This document shows, one piece after another, positions 4,060-7,348 of a stretch of 7,348 nt of DNA. The notes beneath the pieces were generated by a model. That model saw only the letters and a program-made list of their open reading frames with translations. It was not told the origin of the DNA and made no database searches. Every line of letters begins with the position of its first letter. Positions within the stretch are counted from its first letter, which is position 1. This stretch comes from a virus, in IMG/VR virus record IMGVR_UViG_3300007141_000001, positions 1 through 7,348 of that record; one strand, given 5' to 3'. Made by a program: the position numbers and the translations under genes.

Positions 4060-5127
4060 TTAGTTTAAACGTGGTCCCAAACTAGATACTCTACGTGGAT
4101 GTTCACTACTGCTACGATTATTCCGTTCTTCTCCATAAGGGTTATACACAGGGCCACGACTTGCCAATGTTCTGCATTGGGCTAGTCCAATCTCATACTT
4201 CGTTCCTTGCTCTGTAATGCATGTGCAACTGTGATCTTTCCAGTTACCACTACCATCTAAGCCCTGCCCAGAAGACATACAGAATAATTCAGGATCTGAA
4301 GCAACTGACCGATCATCAAAAACCGGAGCCGTCCAAGGTGCCGCTGGAATCCTGGGTAAATGATCTTCTATATAGTCTGCTGTGGTTTCCCATCTCTTTT
4401 CTTTTTCTTCTTTTTTCTTGGCCGCATAATCAAATGCAACATCTGTAGGCATTATCTTCTGTTGCGTTTCGATTTTCTCATCTTTACTCATACCACTACG
4501 AACCTGCCAAATCACATAAGCCAGTAATAACCCTGCAATAGCAAATAACATCATTGCGCGTTTAGCTCTAGAAGAGATTGTTCTCTTTACTGTATGAATC
4601 TCTGCCGATTTATACAGTCCGTAACACTCTTTTGGATAAACCCACGTTTCATGATCCTCACAGGCTAATGCGCGATCACTCCGCACATTATCTATAACCC
4701 GGCTACGTCTATAAACAATGGCCGATTCTTTACCATTTTCTCTAACCAAATGTTCATGCAATCCGACCAGTGCTCTGATATTGGCATGGATTAAAGCGGG
4801 CGATTGAGTTATTAGAATTAATCTAATTCCCTCATGCCGGATAGTTTCCATTGCTTGGATATAAGCCGGTACCGCTCCCGAAGCTGCCCGGAAAAACCGT
4901 TGCGCTTCGTCCACTACCAAAATTGCGCCAGATGGCAACTCTTCCCATTTAGTAGGATCTGGAAAATCCAGAACACCCTCAATTGCGATGTCTGCTAAGT
5001 TAGATACAAATACCTGCTCATTTGATGCAATTGCCTGCTTGATATACCACACTGCCCGCAGTGTCTTGCCGTTGCCAGGCACCCCAGTCAGTAGGGTAAT
5101 CGAGGCCGTTTTAGCAATCGCGCTCAT
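4060..5127 (-). CDS. zot: Zot-like / pI-like morphogenesis ATPase
   Basis: N-terminal Walker A GVPGNGKT, Walker B ILVVDEAQ, a central TM (AMMLFAIAGLLLAYVIWQV) and a Cys-containing periplasmic C-terminal domain. The position after the pVI-like gene is canonical. Confidence 0.85.
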   Translation of the reverse strand: MSAIAKTASITLLTGVPGNGKTLRAVWYIKQAIASNEQVFVSNLADIAIEGVLDFPDPTKWEELPSGAILVVDEAQRFFRAASGAVPAYIQAMETIRHEGIRLILITQSPALIHANIRALVGLHEHLVRENGKESAIVYRRSRVIDNVRSDRALACEDHETWVYPKECYGLYKSAEIHTVKRTISSRAKRAMMLFAIAGLLLAYVIWQVRSGMSKDEKIETQQKIMPTDVAFDYAAKKKEEKEKRWETTADYIEDHLPRIPAAPWTAPVFDDRSVASDPELFCMSSGQGLDGSGNWKDHSCTCITEQGTKYEIGLAQCRTLASRGPVYNPYGEERNNRSSSEHPRRVSSLGPRLN

Positions 5128-5130
5128 TTC

Positions 5131-5153
5131 AATTTGTCAAGTCTTGACAAATT
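5131..5153. promoter_or_regulatory. 23-bp palindrome aatttgtcaag-t-cttgacaaatt, beginning 4 nt upstream of the zot start codon
   Basis: Perfect 11-bp arms. The related motif tttgtcaagac recurs in a second palindrome at 5195-5210, which overlaps the pVI stop. Each palindrome contains TTGACA on the minus strand; the first also has it on the plus strand. Confidence 0.5.
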
Positions 5154-5202
5154 TCTATTTTCATGATACGAGAATTTCAAGTACATCATTTCTCAGTCTT
5201 TG

Positions 5203-5508
5203 TCAAGACTTCACGAAAAAGATTTTTTTCACCATGATCAAAGTCATGAAGGAAACCATAATACTTGCAGCTTTGTTTATACCTAGCAAATTAAACCAGC
5301 ATTGCCATGCGGGCGGTATTCCATTCCATGCATTCGTTGCATGATCAATCAGTGGCTGGATAATCATTTCATTGGTTGCAATTAATATCCCAAGACGGCC
5401 CAAGAAACTTACCACAATCTGCACAAGATACATTTGTGCAAAGCGGACTATCCACGGCCCTAATACAGCTAGGAGGGTGGCTAATACTGGAATAGCAGGC
5501 AATGCCAT
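5203..5508 (-). CDS. pVI-like minor coat / membrane protein
   Basis: 101 aa and very hydrophobic with multiple TM segments. A strong SD GGGAGG lies 7-8 nt upstream, inside the end of the pIII-like gene. It sits between the pIII-like and pI-like genes as in Ff. Confidence 0.7.
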   Translation of the reverse strand: MALPAIPVLATLLAVLGPWIVRFAQMYLVQIVVSFLGRLGILIATNEMIIQPLIDHATNAWNGIPPAWQCWFNLLGINKAASIMVSFMTLIMVKKIFFVKS

Positions 5509-5511
5509 TAT

Positions 5512-6960
5512 TTAACCTCCCAAGCGAAGAGCAACCCATAAATAGGTACAGGACACAATTAACCAACCAATTATGCTTGCCAGATTCCACCAATCTGGCC
5601 CCATTTCAATATCATGACCCAGTAAAGTAAATCCAGTAGCGCATTGACTTACATCTTTAGCACCAAAGAGATTTGTTTTTAGTTCTTTATTCTCGTGCTC
5701 TTTCCAGATGGAAGATTCATCCACTGGCGGGCCTGTATCGGTACCCAAGGCTTGCAGCCCGGCTACCTCTTCAGCCCGCCAGTTCGTATCTTGATTAGTT
5801 CCAGTATCTAATGTCGCTAGTTTCTCTAATGCACAAGCGGAACGCCATTGCATTATCAAACTGCTAAATTCCATTGCATCGCATTTATCCCCCGTGCAAA
5901 CCGGAGGGATAGAACAAGAACCGCCGGTTATATTCCGATTTTTGCGGGTATTGCATTCAATGCGCCACTGAATACGGGTTTGTCCACACAACACCGGATC
6001 CCCTGAACAGGAAGGCGGGGTATTGCAATCATCCCCACCACTGAAACGGTTTCCACTCGAATCCGTTTCACCTTCTATATTCTCTCCATTATCTGAATTA
6101 CCCTCTTTCTCCAGATCTTCTGCAATCCATTTGCATGTACCATCCTCCCCTAATTGCTGCCCCATTGGGCATCTCTCATTATCGTTCTGACATGCTCCAG
6201 AGATATTCAACATCCCTGCAGGACATTCACTCTCAAACGCCTTGCAATGCACTATCCCAAAACGTATAGCTCCCGGAGTTCCTGCAAAAACTTGTTGCAT
6301 TCCTTGCGGACATTCACCATCTTGAATACATTCACCCCCTTCCTCAATAAATCCCTCATCACAGTTTGCAGAAGATATGCAATAACCTCCTCCAATTTTA
6401 TCTACCCATTCATAATCTGCATTCTTACATTCATCCTTAAATCCATCTTCACTGCAAAATGAATCAGTCACTCCAAATAAAGCGCCTGAACCCCAATTAA
6501 CACAACCCTTATAACAAAAAAGCGATCCATCAGGATAATCAACACTACTAATACCCAAGCCCTCAAACGGCTTACAAACATCCTGACATTGTCCCGTATA
6601 CGGATTCAATACCTGACCACCTGTACATTCCGGATCTTCATTATCCCACCTATATTCCCAAGTTCTACCGCCATCCGGTCCCCAAGGACTACAAAAAATA
6701 AACCAACCTCTTTGTTTATGCTGCGTTTCACAAACAAACATGGGCTCGCCGTAATCATCCTTGTATCTACAATTCGAAGACCACCAATCATCACCAACCC
6801 CACTTACTAAAACTGCTAAATCACGATGACATGCCGCCAAAGCTTCCGATTTAGTTGGAAATCTCACCTCAGCTTTAAGCTCACTGGCTCCAAAAAAGAA
6901 AATCAAAAGCACCGCCATAACCTGCAATGCAAGTGCTTGCTTGATATTCATTTCATTCAT
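5512..6960 (-). CDS. pIII-like adsorption / minor coat protein, cysteine-rich
   Basis: Signal peptide MNIKQALALQVMAVLLIFFFGASELKA|E. 30 Cys in the 488-aa track ORF. An acidic Gly/Ser/Asn linker (EDLEKEGNSDNGENIEGETDSSGNRFSGGDD). A C-terminal membrane anchor WWNLASIIGWLIVSCTYLWVALRLGG. The track start at 6978 is TTG; ATGs at 6969, 6960 and 6951 are alternatives. Confidence 0.75.
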   Translation of the reverse strand: MNEMNIKQALALQVMAVLLIFFFGASELKAEVRFPTKSEALAACHRDLAVLVSGVGDDWWSSNCRYKDDYGEPMFVCETQHKQRGWFIFCSPWGPDGGRTWEYRWDNEDPECTGGQVLNPYTGQCQDVCKPFEGLGISSVDYPDGSLFCYKGCVNWGSGALFGVTDSFCSEDGFKDECKNADYEWVDKIGGGYCISSANCDEGFIEEGGECIQDGECPQGMQQVFAGTPGAIRFGIVHCKAFESECPAGMLNISGACQNDNERCPMGQQLGEDGTCKWIAEDLEKEGNSDNGENIEGETDSSGNRFSGGDDCNTPPSCSGDPVLCGQTRIQWRIECNTRKNRNITGGSCSIPPVCTGDKCDAMEFSSLIMQWRSACALEKLATLDTGTNQDTNWRAEEVAGLQALGTDTGPPVDESSIWKEHENKELKTNLFGAKDVSQCATGFTLLGHDIEMGPDWWNLASIIGWLIVSCTYLWVALRLGG

Positions 6961-7042
6961 CCCAACCATGGGAAACAATCACCGCTGCACATACCCACCA
7001 CATCAGCACCAACAAACCATAAAGTTCTGCAAAACCATTCAT
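6953..7042 (-). CDS. 29-aa hydrophobic micro-protein (pVII/pIX-like candidate); not in the ORF track
   Basis: Hand translation gives MNGFAELYGLLVLMWWVCAAVIVSHGWDE*. Its stop overlaps the pIII-like start cluster (GATGAATGAAATG), suggesting translational coupling. No clear SD. Confidence 0.35.
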   Translation of the reverse strand: MNGFAELYGLLVLMWWVCAAVIVSHGWDE

Positions 7043-7174
7043 CTTTATTTATTCTTATCTTGCTGTGATCTGCTCTCATCGGGACGCTATCGCTTGCGAC
7101 TGCCCCCGTCCCTTGCCAAGCTGCGGGACAAGAGCAGTGCTGCGCTCTTAGCGCCCGAATCTAGGTATATAGAA

Positions 7175-7215
7175 GTAATTAGATAAGTAATTGGTTCAAT
7201 TACTTATCTAATTAC
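7175..7215. other. Perfect 19-bp stem / 3-nt loop hairpin (candidate packaging signal or complementary-strand origin)
   Basis: gtaattagataagtaattg-gtt-caattacttatctaattac, checked base by base. The arms carry TTATCTAA, also present in the 4013-4056 iteron block. Confidence 0.5.
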
Positions 7216-7231
7216 CCCAAGACCGCGCGCT

Positions 7232-7266
7232 GTAATAAAGGGAGTTTATAAAACTCCCTTTATTAC
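7232..7266 (-). terminator. 16-bp stem hairpin spanning the circular junction, 6 nt downstream of the coat gene stop; intrinsic-terminator-like
   Basis: gtaataaagggagttt-ata-aaactccctttattac. The inner GGGAG/CTCCC core is followed by TTTATTA on both strands. A strong terminator after gene VIII is typical of Ff-type phages. Confidence 0.6.
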
Positions 7267-7348
7267 GCTTGCTCACCGAGGTTTGAGCAAATTAGCTGCC
7301 CGAATGGCCCATAACACCACGGCAAAGGCAATTACCAGCCCGATTACT
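7250..7348. repeat. Terminal direct repeat, copy 2 (identical to 1-99)
   Basis: Same 99 nt as the window start. It re-reads the 3' end of the coat gene and half of the terminator hairpin. Confidence 0.95.

Larger units (their letters stand above)
1..7249 (-). mobile_element. Complete circular filamentous phage (inovirus-like) genome unit of 7,249 bp; structural and replication genes on the minus strand
   Basis: Exact 99-nt overlap between the window ends. Gene order is Rep, ssDNA-binding protein, small hydrophobic ORFs, major coat, pIII-like, pVI-like, Zot/pI-like. This matches the Ff/CTX/Pf-type inovirus module order, and the size is typical of Inoviridae. Confidence 0.85.

Noticed and set aside
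544-7186. Antisense or shadow ORFs overlapping real genes (544-762 +, 1148-1351 -, 1245-1448 +, 1370-1681 -, 4221-4448 +, 4988-5344 +, 5369-5593 -, 6154-6462 +, 6589-6810 +, 6606-6803 -, 6826-7068 +, 6941-7186 +)
   Set aside because: Each lies opposite, or out of frame within, a longer ORF with clear family motifs. Their sequences are compositionally odd (R/S/T/I-rich) and fit no inovirus module position.

Overview
The window is one complete, circularly closed filamentous-phage (Inoviridae-like) genome. Bases 1-99 recur exactly at 7250-7348, so the unit is 7,249 bp. Nearly all genes lie on the minus strand in canonical inovirus order: 90-aa ORF, HUH rolling-circle Rep, gene-V-like ssDNA-binding protein, two small hydrophobic ORFs, signal-peptide major coat protein, hairpins/terminator, a 29-aa hydrophobic ORF, a Cys-rich pIII-like adsorption protein, a pVI-like protein and a Zot/pI-like assembly ATPase. 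One HTH repressor-like gene (2039-2395) is divergently transcribed on the plus strand. I see no secretin (pIV) and no integrase or transposase. The most unusual part is a 1,664-nt stretch (2396-4059, about 23% of the genome) with no credible ORF. By eye it is more G+C-rich than the genes and is packed with ordered elements. These include two copies of a conserved stem-loop with a compensatory change, a near-perfect 57/56-bp tandem repeat, a 17-bp perfect inverted repeat 485 nt apart, and a canonical G-quadruplex run next to C6 tracts. It also holds an orphan TTGACA promoter feeding a perfect SD (TAAGGAGGTG) with only a 12-codon ORF, a cluster of GC hairpins, a degenerate dif-like site, and phased ATTATCT iterons. 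I interpret this as a classical origin/packaging intergenic region (about 3600-4059) plus about 1.2 kb of extra, probably structured non-coding RNA or ssDNA of unknown function. No database search or folding computation could be run, so all functional calls rest on motif reading and synteny.
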